From contig OZ220744.1 of NCBI GenBank assembly GCA_965116925.1, positions 3,360,001 to 3,424,000 of the forward strand: 64,000 nucleotides of DNA, in the 5' to 3' direction. Below the pieces are notes generated by a model that did no database searches, was not told where the DNA came from, and saw only the letters and a program-made list of their open reading frames with translations. Shown here one piece after another: positions 10,344 through 20,228 of the stretch. Within the stretch, counting starts at the first letter, position 1. Each line of letters starts with the position of its first letter. Both the position numbers and the translations under genes were made by a program. The DNA comes from Candidatus Poribacteria bacterium (GTDB lineage Bacteria > Poribacteria > WGA-4E > PCPOR2b).

Positions 10344-10967
10344 CTACCCGCCAAGTGGAGCGGACGAACGGAATCCACGGTAACCTCCAGCGTAGATTGT
10401 TATCATACCTGTCTTGAGGTGAAAAACCTTCGTCAAGACTGCTTCCGTCAACGCAGCAGCGGCTGATGTATCCGTTCCCAAGTCTGCCTCAAGGAATATA
10501 TGTGGTTCTGTTTTCGGATATGGGACTTCCCGCTCCGGTGCATCTTGGAGGGGTACAATCTGCGCCAGTTGTTCCTTTTCCCAAGAAGTTAGTCTGATAG
10601 TGTAGTATCGCTTTGATAGGAGAATAAGTCTAAACAGGGTGGTGGAGGAGATGTGTGGAACCGATGCAAATACTGGAACCTTTGCCACAAGACTACCATC
10701 TGCGCGGACTCGAAAAAGGACAAATCCCTTGCCGCCTTCAAAGACTACCTCACCTCCGCCAAACTGTTGTAGTTTTTCCAGCGTTGATTTAAAGCGGGAA
10801 AGACGTTGAGTTTTTGTTGAACGAAAGATAGTGGAATCCGTCTCATAAACCTGAGTTTTCTCTTTTTTGGGCGCATCGTATGTTTTTACAGCAAGGAGAT
10901 ACGCCAGTACGAGAAACACAACGGCTAGCATACAAACGATCAGCGCACGTTTAATATATTTGAGCAT
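10344..10967 (-). CDS. Hypothetical protein with N-terminal membrane anchor
   Basis: GGAGG RBS before ATG 10967; hydrophobic N-terminus. Confidence 0.6.
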   Translation of the reverse strand: MLKYIKRALIVCMLAVVFLVLAYLLAVKTYDAPKKEKTQVYETDSTIFRSTKTQRLSRFKSTLEKLQQFGGGEVVFEGGKGFVLFRVRADGSLVAKVPVFASVPHISSTTLFRLILLSKRYYTIRLTSWEKEQLAQIVPLQDAPEREVPYPKTEPHIFLEADLGTDTSAAAALTEAVLTKVFHLKTGMITIYAGGYRGFRSSAPLGG

Positions 10968-11072
10968 CTCAATTCCTCCATTTCTGTGACCTCTGCATAC
11001 GTATAGATAATAACAAAACACACTTCAAGCGACAACGCAAAAAACGGAAGCGGGGCAGCGTTGCCACTTGAC

Positions 11073-11250
11073 AAATGTAGCGCAAACTGTTAGTTTGCGA
11101 CCTGAGATCACAATCTAAATGAGATTTAAGTATTTAAATCGGTAATCCCGATTTTCCTCGAAACACACGGTAGGCGCGGTTTTCAACCGCGCCGGTGTCC
11201 ATAACAAATTACCGAATTATTTTTTTAATCTTCATACAGATTGTGCTACA
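11073..11250. mobile_element. Double-hairpin REP element A carrying a 117-bp TIR element B (11119-11235)
   Basis: GTAGCGCAAACTGTTAGTTTGCG...CACAATCTAA[ATGAG...CTTCAT]ACAGATTGTG; empty A copies at about 16508, 18778, 21913, 28227, 63641. Confidence 0.8.
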
Positions 11251-11472
11251 AACGAACACTTTTATGAAATAAAAACTGTAGGTCGATTTTCCAAAATCGA
11301 CGATGTCTATATATGAATCTCGACTACTTACACACGAACCAGTGAACCAGCGAACCAACATAAGATTGGGTAGAGCGAGCAAAACCCAACAATCCTCTTA
11401 CGCATTACGTATTACGCCCTGTTCTTCTTACGCATCACGTTTCACTACTAATGCACCCATGAACTCTCGACA

Positions 11473-11985
11473 ATGGCACACGCATACATCGGATTTGGAT
11501 CCAACATCGACGACCGCCTCAATTATATCACACAAGCGTTGCAGATGCTGTTAGAACCAGATAGCGTCTCGCTGATACAGATCTCCTCCCTCTACGAAAC
11601 CGAACCTGTCGGCTATGAAGAACAGGCTTGGTTTCTGAACGGTGTCATCGCTGTCGAAACCCGGCTGTTAGCATATCCGTTGTTAAGATTTCTGAAAGCA
11701 ATTGAAGGGCTTGTTGGACGGCGGGATCGGACGCGTTGGGCACCACGAGAAGTAGACTTGGATCTCCTAATCTACGATCAAGATTGCATCAATACGCCGG
11801 ACCTGATCGTGCCGCACCCCGAAATGCACCAGCGCAGCTTTGTCCTTGTCCCGTTTGCCGAGATCGCCCCAGATGTCCGCCATCCAATCCTTGGACAAGA
11901 TATCCGAACCCTGCTCTCCAACCTAAACGACGAGAAAACCGTCAAACTCGCAGCACCTCCACCAAAAATTGATGCAAGGATTTGA
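11473..11985 (+). CDS. folK: 2-amino-4-hydroxy-6-hydroxymethyldihydropteridine diphosphokinase
   Basis: AYIGFGSN, SSLYETEP, FLN, PREVDLDLL, PHPEMHQRSFVL. Confidence 0.96.
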   Translation: MAHAYIGFGSNIDDRLNYITQALQMLLEPDSVSLIQISSLYETEPVGYEEQAWFLNGVIAVETRLLAYPLLRFLKAIEGLVGRRDRTRWAPREVDLDLLIYDQDCINTPDLIVPHPEMHQRSFVLVPFAEIAPDVRHPILGQDIRTLLSNLNDEKTVKLAAPPPKIDARI

Positions 11986-11988
11986 TCG

Positions 11989-13698
11989 ATGCCATACAAC
12001 CCACAAAACCCGTTAATCGTCCAGAGCGATCGGACAGTGCTCCTTGAAGTTGACAGCCCACTTTATGAGGGGGCGAGGGACGCACTCGCCAGCTTTGCAG
12101 AACTGGAAAAGAGCCCCGAACATATCCACACCTACCGCATCACACCCCTTTCGTTGTGGAATGCCGCCGCTGCGGGGATGGAAGTCGGGGACATCTTGGA
12201 CGCACTCGATGAGTATACCAAATATGATGTGCCACAAAACATAATTGCCGAAATCATCGATTATGTGTCGCGCTACGGACGGGTTAAGTTGATGAAGCAC
12301 ACCGACCTGAATCCCGATCGCGCTGAGGATAACGACCTAGTCCTGCACGCCGAAGATCCGGTGCTCATGGCTGAAATTGCTCACAGCGAATCGGTGAAAA
12401 ATCTGCTGGGGGAGCAGATCGACCCCCAGACCATCTCCGTCCCCTACCAGCTTCGCGGACACATCAAGCAAGCGTTAATCAAAATCGGCTTTCCCGTTGA
12501 AGACCTTGCGGGCTACGTCACCGGAAGCCATCTGGAGATTGCCCCCCGACCGATAACACTATCGGGGGCTGCCTTCGACCTACGCGACTACCAACGCGAT
12601 GCAACAGAGGTCTTTCATCTGGGAGGCGACGTGCGCGGCGGCAGCGGCGTAATCGTTCTCCCCTGTGGCGCGGGGAAGACCATCGTTGGGCTTGGCATTC
12701 TGTTCGAGACCAGGTGCCACACGCTAATCCTTTCGACAAACACAATCGCTGTGCGCCAGTGGATCGATGAATTCCTTGACAAGACGACGATTGCGCCGGA
12801 GGAGATCGGCGAATACACCGGCGACCGTAAGGAGATCCGCCCAATCACAGTGACCACCTATCAGATCCTAACCTATCGCAAGCGCAAATCGGAAGACTTC
12901 GTTCATCTAGGGCTTTTCGCTGAAATGGATTGGGGCTTGATTATCTATGACGAGGTTCACCTGTTACCCGCCCCCGTCTTCCGGATGACTGCGGAGATTC
13001 AAGGGAAACGGCGCCTCGGATTGACCGCAACGCTGGTACGGGAAGATGGCAGAGAGGACGATGTCTTCAGCCTGATTGGACCAAAAAAGTATGATGTCCC
13101 GTGGCGAGAATTGGAGCAGCAGGGCTGGATCGCGACCGCCGAGTGCACCGAAATCCGCGTAGACCTACCCGAACACCTGCGAATGAGTTACGCCGTCGCC
13201 GGTGCGAGACAGAAGTTCCGCATCGCTTCCGAGAATCCGGATAAGTTTCCCGTTGTGTGCGAACTGATTAATCGACACGAAGGGGATCAGATCCTTGTGA
13301 TTGGACAGTATATTGAGCAACTCAAGGGGATAGCCGCGAGCCTGAACGCGCCGCTAATCACGGGGCAAACCCCGAACCTTGAGCGTGGCAAACTGTACGA
13401 CCAGTTTCGGCAAGGCGAGATTAAGTTGCTCGTCGTTTCCAAAGTTGCCAACTTCGCGATTGACCTCCCCGATGCAAACGTTGCGATTCAGATTTCCGGC
13501 ACCTTCGGCTCACGCCAAGAGGAGGCACAACGTCTCGGACGCATCCTCCGTCCCAAAACCGACGGTTCACTCGCGCACTTCTACTCAATCGTCACCCGCG
13601 ATTCACGCGATCAGGAGTTCGCAATCAACCGCCAGCTCTTCCTCACCGAACAAGGCTACCGCTACACCATCCGCTACGGTGATGAGTATAATCCGTGA
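11989..13698 (+). CDS. Bacterial XPB/Ssl2-like DNA repair helicase
   Basis: LEKSPEHIHTYRITPLSLWNA, LPCGAGKT, DEVH, GLTAT, QRLGRILRPK. Confidence 0.93.
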   Translation: MPYNPQNPLIVQSDRTVLLEVDSPLYEGARDALASFAELEKSPEHIHTYRITPLSLWNAAAAGMEVGDILDALDEYTKYDVPQNIIAEIIDYVSRYGRVKLMKHTDLNPDRAEDNDLVLHAEDPVLMAEIAHSESVKNLLGEQIDPQTISVPYQLRGHIKQALIKIGFPVEDLAGYVTGSHLEIAPRPITLSGAAFDLRDYQRDATEVFHLGGDVRGGSGVIVLPCGAGKTIVGLGILFETRCHTLILSTNTIAVRQWIDEFLDKTTIAPEEIGEYTGDRKEIRPITVTTYQILTYRKRKSEDFVHLGLFAEMDWGLIIYDEVHLLPAPVFRMTAEIQGKRRLGLTATLVREDGREDDVFSLIGPKKYDVPWRELEQQGWIATAECTEIRVDLPEHLRMSYAVAGARQKFRIASENPDKFPVVCELINRHEGDQILVIGQYIEQLKGIAASLNAPLITGQTPNLERGKLYDQFRQGEIKLLVVSKVANFAIDLPDANVAIQISGTFGSRQEEAQRLGRILRPKTDGSLAHFYSIVTRDSRDQEFAINRQLFLTEQGYRYTIRYGDEYNP

Positions 13699-13789
13699 AA
13701 GATGAATCAGGTCGTGTATCTTGATAGTTTCATCTCTGTTTATCTCCTTGACTAAATTGCCACTATGACACTATAATTGCCCAAATTAA

Positions 13790-13980
13790 TAGTAGTAGGC
13801 ATACTCCGTATGCCGTAACTTGCACACACCCCCGTAGGTTGGGTTGAGCACCAGCGAAACCCAACACCGATGAATCACAAGTAACCAGAATGAACCAACG
13901 TAGCCCCAGCGGGGCGACATGTTTATAGCACACGGGATGGACAAATATCCTAAAGCCCCAGCGGGGCGACATGTGCAACT
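13790..13980. repeat. Cluster of GTAG-type REP hairpins
   Basis: GTAGGCATACTCCGTATGCC, GTAGGTTGGGTT...AACCCAAC, 2x GCCCCAGCGGGGCGACATGT (pair also at about 50210-50280). Confidence 0.75.
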
Positions 13981-14031
13981 GGTTTAGTTGACATCTGAGG
14001 TTCCTGTGTTGATTGCGGGAGGAGACATTGA

Positions 14032-14310
14032 ATGGGAACGCACCTAACATTTCAGTATGACCGTGAAGCGGATATTCTATACATAAATACCTGTGCCCCG
14101 TATCCAGAACAGGAGAGCGAAGAACTTGAGGATGAAGTCATCGCACGATTTAATCCTGAGACCGACGAAATCGAAAATCTTGAGGTTCTGTTTTTTTCCA
14201 CGCGATTATTGCGTCAGGAACTTTTTCAATTACCAATTTCGGCTCATCTGTGGAAGCAATCAGCAGATAGGTCAACCCAAAATCAAACCTTACATAACGC
14301 AAGTTGCTAG
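14032..14310 (+). CDS. DUF2283 family protein
   Basis: YDREADILYI...EELEDEVIARFNPETDEIENLEVL. Confidence 0.75.
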   Translation: MGTHLTFQYDREADILYINTCAPYPEQESEELEDEVIARFNPETDEIENLEVLFFSTRLLRQELFQLPISAHLWKQSADRSTQNQTLHNASC

Positions 14311-14615
14311 GGCGTGTTGACATTTGTGTGAAATTGTTCGTAATCGTAGGGGCGAGGTTTCCTCGCCCATCGCCAACGCGGATTGGGTGCCTCAAATCAT
14401 ACAGGTTAAGTCAATTGTAGGTCGAGATTCATATCTCGACAAAATACTAACAGTATATAATGGATTGAGCCAAAACTATCGCTAGGTATTGTCAATTTTG
14501 GAAAATCGACCTACAGAGGTCCAAACAAAGGGTTGGGAGACCCAACCCCTACGAAGGACGATACGTCTGTGCACCGTCCTTGATTATCTGGTTGTGATGA
14601 AATGTCAACAGAACC
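14311..14615. mobile_element. TIR-bounded (TGTTGACATTT...AAATGTCAACA) element containing nested REP doublets
   Basis: Outer doublet 14346-14552 and inner doublet 14417-14514; each also occurs alone (55989-56037; 55387-55485). Confidence 0.65.
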
Positions 14616-14729
14616 AATTAATAAACCAAGCGTCAGAAAGCAATAGTCGGGAATTGGAATTTCCTCCTACACATAACACACAGTAGGGGCGTCCCCTCCG
14701 AATCACGCCCTCTGACTCAGGAGCAAAAA

Positions 14730-15584
14730 ATGGATCAAGATATACAGGACTATCTATTTGATCTCCAAGGTTATCTGGTCTTAGAAAACGCAATCTCGGC
14801 GGAAGATCTGGACGAGATGAACCAGTGGATAGACGACCACGAGGCTTACGTCGAGGAGCCGTGGGTCGCCAATGCGAATCCCCGTGAAAGAAGCCGTTGG
14901 ATTGGGAATGTGGAAACGCACACCTACAACGAAGAAAACGGCGTCAACTTCCAGAATATCATTGAGGGCGGCTCCGTCTTTGAGCGATTGATAGACTACC
15001 CCGCTTGGATCGACTTGGTCAAGACGTACATCCACGCTTCCGTAAACGGGGTTTCCATCCACGAAAACTTTCTCAATATGCGTGGACCCGGTGGTTACAT
15101 CCACATTCACTGTGGCGGACATGTCCCGCTTAGTTATTTGACGTTCCGCCAGAACAATACCGGGGAATGGCTAGTGGGTCAAATTAACGTCCTGATGGCA
15201 CTCCACGATATCGGCGAAGGCGACGGTCCACCTGTCCTCATACCGGGCAGCCACAAGTGTACTGAAATCCACCCACGACTGCATGTAGACGGACGGGGCT
15301 TGGTGTATGACGGTGTGAGCGGTAAACCCGCTGGGACAGCTGTCGCTGTGAAAGAGATGTATCTGAAGGCGGGAGATGTTCTGTTTTTCACCGATGCGAT
15401 AACACACGGCTCCGCGGAACGCACCAATCCCGGCTACCGTCGGACAGTTGTTTACCGCTACTCCCCAAAATATGTGCGCGAGCGATTCAACTATCAGACC
15501 TCAGAAGGGCTGCTACAACGCTTGACCCCCGAAAGACGGACGATTATTGAACCCATGGCACCGCGACGACCGCCAACCGTATAG
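14730..15584 (+). CDS. PhyH-family Fe(II)/2-oxoglutarate oxygenase
   Basis: FDLQGYLVLENA, LIPGSHK, KAGDVLFF..AITHGS, RRTVVYRY. Confidence 0.88.
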   Translation: MDQDIQDYLFDLQGYLVLENAISAEDLDEMNQWIDDHEAYVEEPWVANANPRERSRWIGNVETHTYNEENGVNFQNIIEGGSVFERLIDYPAWIDLVKTYIHASVNGVSIHENFLNMRGPGGYIHIHCGGHVPLSYLTFRQNNTGEWLVGQINVLMALHDIGEGDGPPVLIPGSHKCTEIHPRLHVDGRGLVYDGVSGKPAGTAVAVKEMYLKAGDVLFFTDAITHGSAERTNPGYRRTVVYRYSPKYVRERFNYQTSEGLLQRLTPERRTIIEPMAPRRPPTV

Positions 15585-15596
15585 TGGTCCAGTTCA

Positions 15597-16070
15597 ATGG
15601 CAGAGACCGAACCGATGAGATATGGAATCAGTGCCGCTGCATTGATAGTACAGCAGAAACGACTGCTGTTAGTCAATCACAGGGAGCGTGGTCAGTACGA
15701 TTTTTGGGTGCCGCCGGGCGGGAAACTACAGGGGAGTGAATCCATCTTCGACTGTGCGCGGCGTGAGACGATGGAGGAAACAGGGCTATCCGTTGTGCTG
15801 GATCGTATCATCTACATCGTCGAATATGCCGAACCGAGCTACCACTTCTGCAAGTTTTTCATTCGGTGCAAAACGTTCGGCGGCAATCTCACCCTCGCCA
15901 ACCGGGAACAAGCGGAGACCTTTCTCGTCAGTGCACGTTTCTTTTTAAAGGCGGATATGGCAGGCTTGGATGTGCGCCCCACAATTCTGAAAGATCGCTT
16001 TTGGGACGACCTTGAGGCAGGATTTCCAGAGACTCGGTACTTGGGGCTTGAAAAGATAAAGACCCGCTAA
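15597..16070 (+). CDS. NUDIX hydrolase
   Basis: GGKLQGSESIFDCARRETMEETGL Nudix box. Confidence 0.92.
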   Translation: MAETEPMRYGISAAALIVQQKRLLLVNHRERGQYDFWVPPGGKLQGSESIFDCARRETMEETGLSVVLDRIIYIVEYAEPSYHFCKFFIRCKTFGGNLTLANREQAETFLVSARFFLKADMAGLDVRPTILKDRFWDDLEAGFPETRYLGLEKIKTR

Positions 16071-16161
16071 AATTACTGTCCCCAACCTATCGTTTCACGT
16101 TTCACGCATCACGTTTCACTTTTGGTCTTTGACCAGAGTGGTCGCAAACTAGTGCTATCAG

Positions 16162-16675
16162 TTATAGTGAATAATAAAAATAAACAGACACTTTCGCTCC
16201 TCATCTAGTAGGCGCTGTTTCCAACTGCGCCGATTTGCAGTGTCTCAGTAATTCTAAAATCTACTATAAATAGACATTAAAAGTAGTAGGCACACTCCGT
16301 GTGCCGTAACTCCGCGAACAAAGTCCTGACCTCGCTCGTTTACGGTGTCTAATTATGGTGAATGATAAAAATAAATGGACACTTTCGCTTCCCATGTTTG
16401 GTAGGCGCTGTTTCCAACTGCGCCGATTTGCAGTGTCCAATTAATTCTAAAATCTACCATAATTCTGAAATCTACTATAAGTAGACATTAAAAGCAGATA
16501 GTTTTTCGTACCACAATCTGTTAGATTGTGATCCCAGCCTGCAAACTAACAGTTCGCGCTACTTATGGCAGATTGTCCTTTACATCGGAGGCGGGCACCG
16601 TGTGCCGTAACCCTGCCAACAAGTTTCTGACCGTACTCGTTCATAGTGTCCAATTGATTCTAAAATCTACTATAA
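16162..16675. mobile_element. Cluster of miniature element C copies (TTATAGT...ACTATAA) and REP hairpins
   Basis: About 108-bp unit with internal GTAGGCGCTGTTTCCAACTGCGCC hairpin; inverted copies at 45201-45310 and 59712-59822. Confidence 0.75.
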
Positions 16676-16700
16676 ATGTAAAGTAAACTCAATAAATCCC

Positions 16701-18317
16701 ATGTCAAAGACCGGCGCAGAACTGCTGATAGAATCCTTGATTTCCGCGGGAGTCAAACATCTCTTCTCGCTCTCCGGCAACCAGATCCTCTCCCTATACG
16801 ATGCGATTATCGGGCGTGATATTAATCTCATTCACACACGCCACGAAGCGGCAGCAGTGCACATGGCAGACGGATGGGGACGCTTGACCGAACAGCCGGG
16901 CGTCGCACTGCTGACCGCAGGACCCGGTCACTGCAACGCCATCTCCGCGCTCTACGGCACGCTGATGGCAGAATCGCCGGTGGTGCTATTAAGCGGACAC
17001 TCCCCTTACGCACAGATCGGCAGCGGCGCGTTTCAGGAGATAGACCAAGTCGCTACCGCCAACCCGGTCACAAAAGCAGCATGGCTGGTAGAAGATGCCG
17101 ACCACTTGGACAAAGCAATCGCTACCGCCCTCTCTCTGGCGTGCGAGGGACGCCCCGGCCCAGTCCACCTCAGTCTACCCTCCGATGTCTTAGAAGCTGC
17201 CGTTTCTCCCCAACCCCCTCGTGGAACGGATAAAGATAATACCTCCACAGGTATCCCTCCAACAAGCGACGTGGACGAGATACTCCACCAACTGACCGAA
17301 GCAAAGTGCCCACTCATCTTAGCAGGTCCCGCAATGGGACGCCCCTTGCGCTGGACAGAGGTCGAGCAGCTATCGGAGGCGACAGGTATCCCCGCCCTCC
17401 CGATGGAAAGCCCACGCGGCGTCAATGATCCATGGCTGCATCAGGCGACGAATTGCTTGAGCAAAGCAGACCTTGTCCTGTTGGTGGGTAAGAAATTAGA
17501 CTTCTCGTTACAGTTCGGGCAGCCCCCCTTTTTCTCGGAAAGGTGCCGCTTCATCCAGATTGATGCCGATCCGTCCCAGCTACGTTCAGAAAAGCCGAGC
17601 GTCTTGGCGATACACGCCGAACCAACGGACACAGTGCGTCAGTTGACAGCCGCAGCACAAGCCCTTGAGGGTTCACAAGGGGAAGGACAACACGATCCTT
17701 GGCGGATGGAGGTTATGGCAGCGCGAAAAGCTACCCCTGCCGAATGGGAACAAATACGGACTTCTGTGGACCAGCCCATTCACCCGTTACGGGTATGCGA
17801 GGCATTTCAACCGTTTCTTGATGACGGTGCAGTATTTGTCAGCGACGGTGGGGAGTTTGGGCAGTGGGTACAGGCAGGCTTGGAAGCGCAGTATCGTCTC
17901 ATCAATGGACCCGCAGGCTCAATCGGTAGTGCTATCCCGATGGGACTCGCAGCGAAGCTAGCACATCCGCAACGTCCCGTCTTCGTTTTCCTAGGCGATG
18001 GCACATTCGGCTACCACGCGATGGAATTCGATACCGCGCTACGCTACCGTCTACCTATCATCACGGTTGTCGGAAACGACGCCCGTTGGAATGCAGAGCA
18101 TCAGTTACAGATTCAAAATTATGGGGAGGACCGCACGGTCGGTTGTGAGTTGTTGCCGTCACGGTACGACAAAATGATCGAGGCGTTAGGAGGGCATGGC
18201 GCGTTTGTCCAGCAGCCAGACGACCTCGCCCCAGCGATTGAGCGGGCACTGGCATCGGGATTGCCAGCGTGCATCAACGTTGCCATCGAAAGTGTAAGCG
18301 CACCAACATTCCGGTAA
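16701..18317 (+). CDS. Thiamine diphosphate-dependent enzyme (acetolactate synthase-like)
   Basis: TRHEAAAVHMADG, TAGPG, GDGTFG...VVGND ThDP motif. Confidence 0.92.
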   Translation: MSKTGAELLIESLISAGVKHLFSLSGNQILSLYDAIIGRDINLIHTRHEAAAVHMADGWGRLTEQPGVALLTAGPGHCNAISALYGTLMAESPVVLLSGHSPYAQIGSGAFQEIDQVATANPVTKAAWLVEDADHLDKAIATALSLACEGRPGPVHLSLPSDVLEAAVSPQPPRGTDKDNTSTGIPPTSDVDEILHQLTEAKCPLILAGPAMGRPLRWTEVEQLSEATGIPALPMESPRGVNDPWLHQATNCLSKADLVLLVGKKLDFSLQFGQPPFFSERCRFIQIDADPSQLRSEKPSVLAIHAEPTDTVRQLTAAAQALEGSQGEGQHDPWRMEVMAARKATPAEWEQIRTSVDQPIHPLRVCEAFQPFLDDGAVFVSDGGEFGQWVQAGLEAQYRLINGPAGSIGSAIPMGLAAKLAHPQRPVFVFLGDGTFGYHAMEFDTALRYRLPIITVVGNDARWNAEHQLQIQNYGEDRTVGCELLPSRYDKMIEALGGHGAFVQQPDDLAPAIERALASGLPACINVAIESVSAPTFR

Positions 18318-18896
18318 GTCCTTCATCGGTTCATTAATCTACCAATAATGCAATATGTGTCGATTCAAAAAACTCGACCTACAGATTATCTCGCAACTTG
18401 CGTTACTATAACGTAAGTTGCTAGTGGTATGCCTATTGCTCTGAATTCCAATTACAAGATTTCCTATCCCGTAACCGCCCTCTCGTAGCCACAGATTTCC
18501 TAATCTGTAATCTGCCCATACAGCCCGTACCCAATCTAACTAGGGAATGCTAATTTGCAATCACAGCATATAATTGGACACATGGGTTCGTAGTAGCGCA
18601 ATTCATTGCGCGTTACTTTTCGCTCAAGTCCGCGTGACAAATGGTGATTGCTCCCATTTCCATTGACTTGTGAGCACAGTTAAATCTGTAGGGATTGATG
18701 TTTTGCCTATAAGTAGCAACTTGCGTTACTATAGTGAATTTTAAAAATAAGCAGTCATTAAAAGTCGATAGTTTTTTGTACCACAATCTGTTAGATTGTG
18801 ATCCCAAGCCGCAAACTAACAGTTTGCGCTACAGTGTCTCATTAATTCTGAGATCCACTATAATTCTAAAATCTACCATTAGGAGGTAATTCCAAA

Positions 18897-19502
18897 ATGA
18901 ATCAACGCTTGGGCATCGTCCCTATAGTCGTGTTCCTTGCAGGTACATTTCTTGCGACTACTGTGCAGGGGTGCGGTCCCACTCCCTATGCTGCCGGAAA
19001 ACAACACTATGCAGCCGGCAATTATGATGAAGCGATCGCCGCCTATACCCAGGCGATAAAACGCCAGCCGGCGAATGCGAGGGCATATTTCGATCGGGGG
19101 TTAGCCTACTATGACAAGAAAGAGTATGACCGTGCGCTGAGCGATTATAACCGAGCGATAGAACTCCAGCTTGATGATGTAGAGGTTTATAAAATGCGTG
19201 CGTCTTTTTACCATGAAAGATCGGATTATGACCGTGCCATTGCGGACTATACGCAAGTGATAGCCCGGCAACCCGATGACGGCATGGTTTATTTTGGTCG
19301 CGGTATAGCCTACTACGACAAGAAAGAGTATGACCGTGCCATCGCAGATCTTACCCACGCGATTGAACTCAAGCCTGATTTTGCCACTGCTTATTCGATA
19401 CGCGGACTGGCTTACTTTGACAATGGCGATCCCGTCCGTGGTCAAAAAGACTTCGATAAAGCCGATGCGATTCAACACCCCCGGCAAGAAACGGACGATT
19501 AA
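18897..19502 (+). CDS. TPR-repeat lipoprotein
   Basis: Lipobox VQGC; repeated AYFDRGLAYYDKKEYDRA TPR units; AGGAGG RBS. Confidence 0.88.
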   Translation: MNQRLGIVPIVVFLAGTFLATTVQGCGPTPYAAGKQHYAAGNYDEAIAAYTQAIKRQPANARAYFDRGLAYYDKKEYDRALSDYNRAIELQLDDVEVYKMRASFYHERSDYDRAIADYTQVIARQPDDGMVYFGRGIAYYDKKEYDRAIADLTHAIELKPDFATAYSIRGLAYFDNGDPVRGQKDFDKADAIQHPRQETDD

Positions 19503-19534
19503 TTGCAATAACGTTTTATGAGGCTTGAGTCAAT

Positions 19535-20191
19535 ATGAAATGGCAGTCAACTAAGATGAAAGGAGACTCAAATAAAATGGCATACATCTTCGTTGTTATC
19601 GGGGTAATCTTGGTGCTGGTTGTTGCTTGGTTTTTAGTGGGTTGTATTCGAGTGCCGTCCACGTATGTAATTGATATTGATAAATTGCTGGACACTGAGC
19701 CGGAGATGTGCGATCAGCAGTTGACGAAAATAGCGGGCTGTCGGTTGTCCCATACAGATTACCGGCAGGAAGGGATCGACGATGCAAAGGGCACGACCGG
19801 CGATATTGCCACCATGACGTATGAGAAAGTTCGTGGCATTGTTAATAAATCCGGGAGTTACCCACGCATCGAGATCGGCTTCAATGCGGAGCAGCATTCC
19901 GAAAATATCACTGTGTACTTTGGCGAGTATGTTGACAGAATGGAAGCACTCCGGCGGGTGGGGTTTGAGGAGAAGGATCTTTTTGACTCAGGCTACGCAC
20001 CGTATAGACTGGAAACCTACACTCAGAAAAGCATCTACCTAATCTATGAAAACGCGGATTTTGCTGGCGGGATCTTTGCAGCACCATCCGTCGAGTGGAA
20101 AAAGCGCTACTGGATAAGTTGGGAGCAATTCGATGATGGCAGAACTACAGGGATAAACGTCCGTTTGTGGACTGGTACACCAGCCCGTTAG
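19535..20191 (+). CDS. Hypothetical membrane-anchored protein/lipoprotein
   Basis: Hydrophobic stretch ending LVGC; probable start at MAYIF. Confidence 0.6.
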   Translation: MKWQSTKMKGDSNKMAYIFVVIGVILVLVVAWFLVGCIRVPSTYVIDIDKLLDTEPEMCDQQLTKIAGCRLSHTDYRQEGIDDAKGTTGDIATMTYEKVRGIVNKSGSYPRIEIGFNAEQHSENITVYFGEYVDRMEALRRVGFEEKDLFDSGYAPYRLETYTQKSIYLIYENADFAGGIFAAPSVEWKKRYWISWEQFDDGRTTGINVRLWTGTPAR

Positions 20192-20228
20192 ACAGACCCC
20201 GCGCTAAAGTTTATAAAATAAGGAGGCG

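Noticed and set aside
13763..14050. ORFs over repeat clusters (also 11303, 14150, 14489, 18613, 49738, 50326, 55239, 55912, 55947)
   Set aside because: Translations of REP/MITE DNA; the same peptides (e.g. HVAPLGL, GWETQPLR) recur wherever the repeat occurs.
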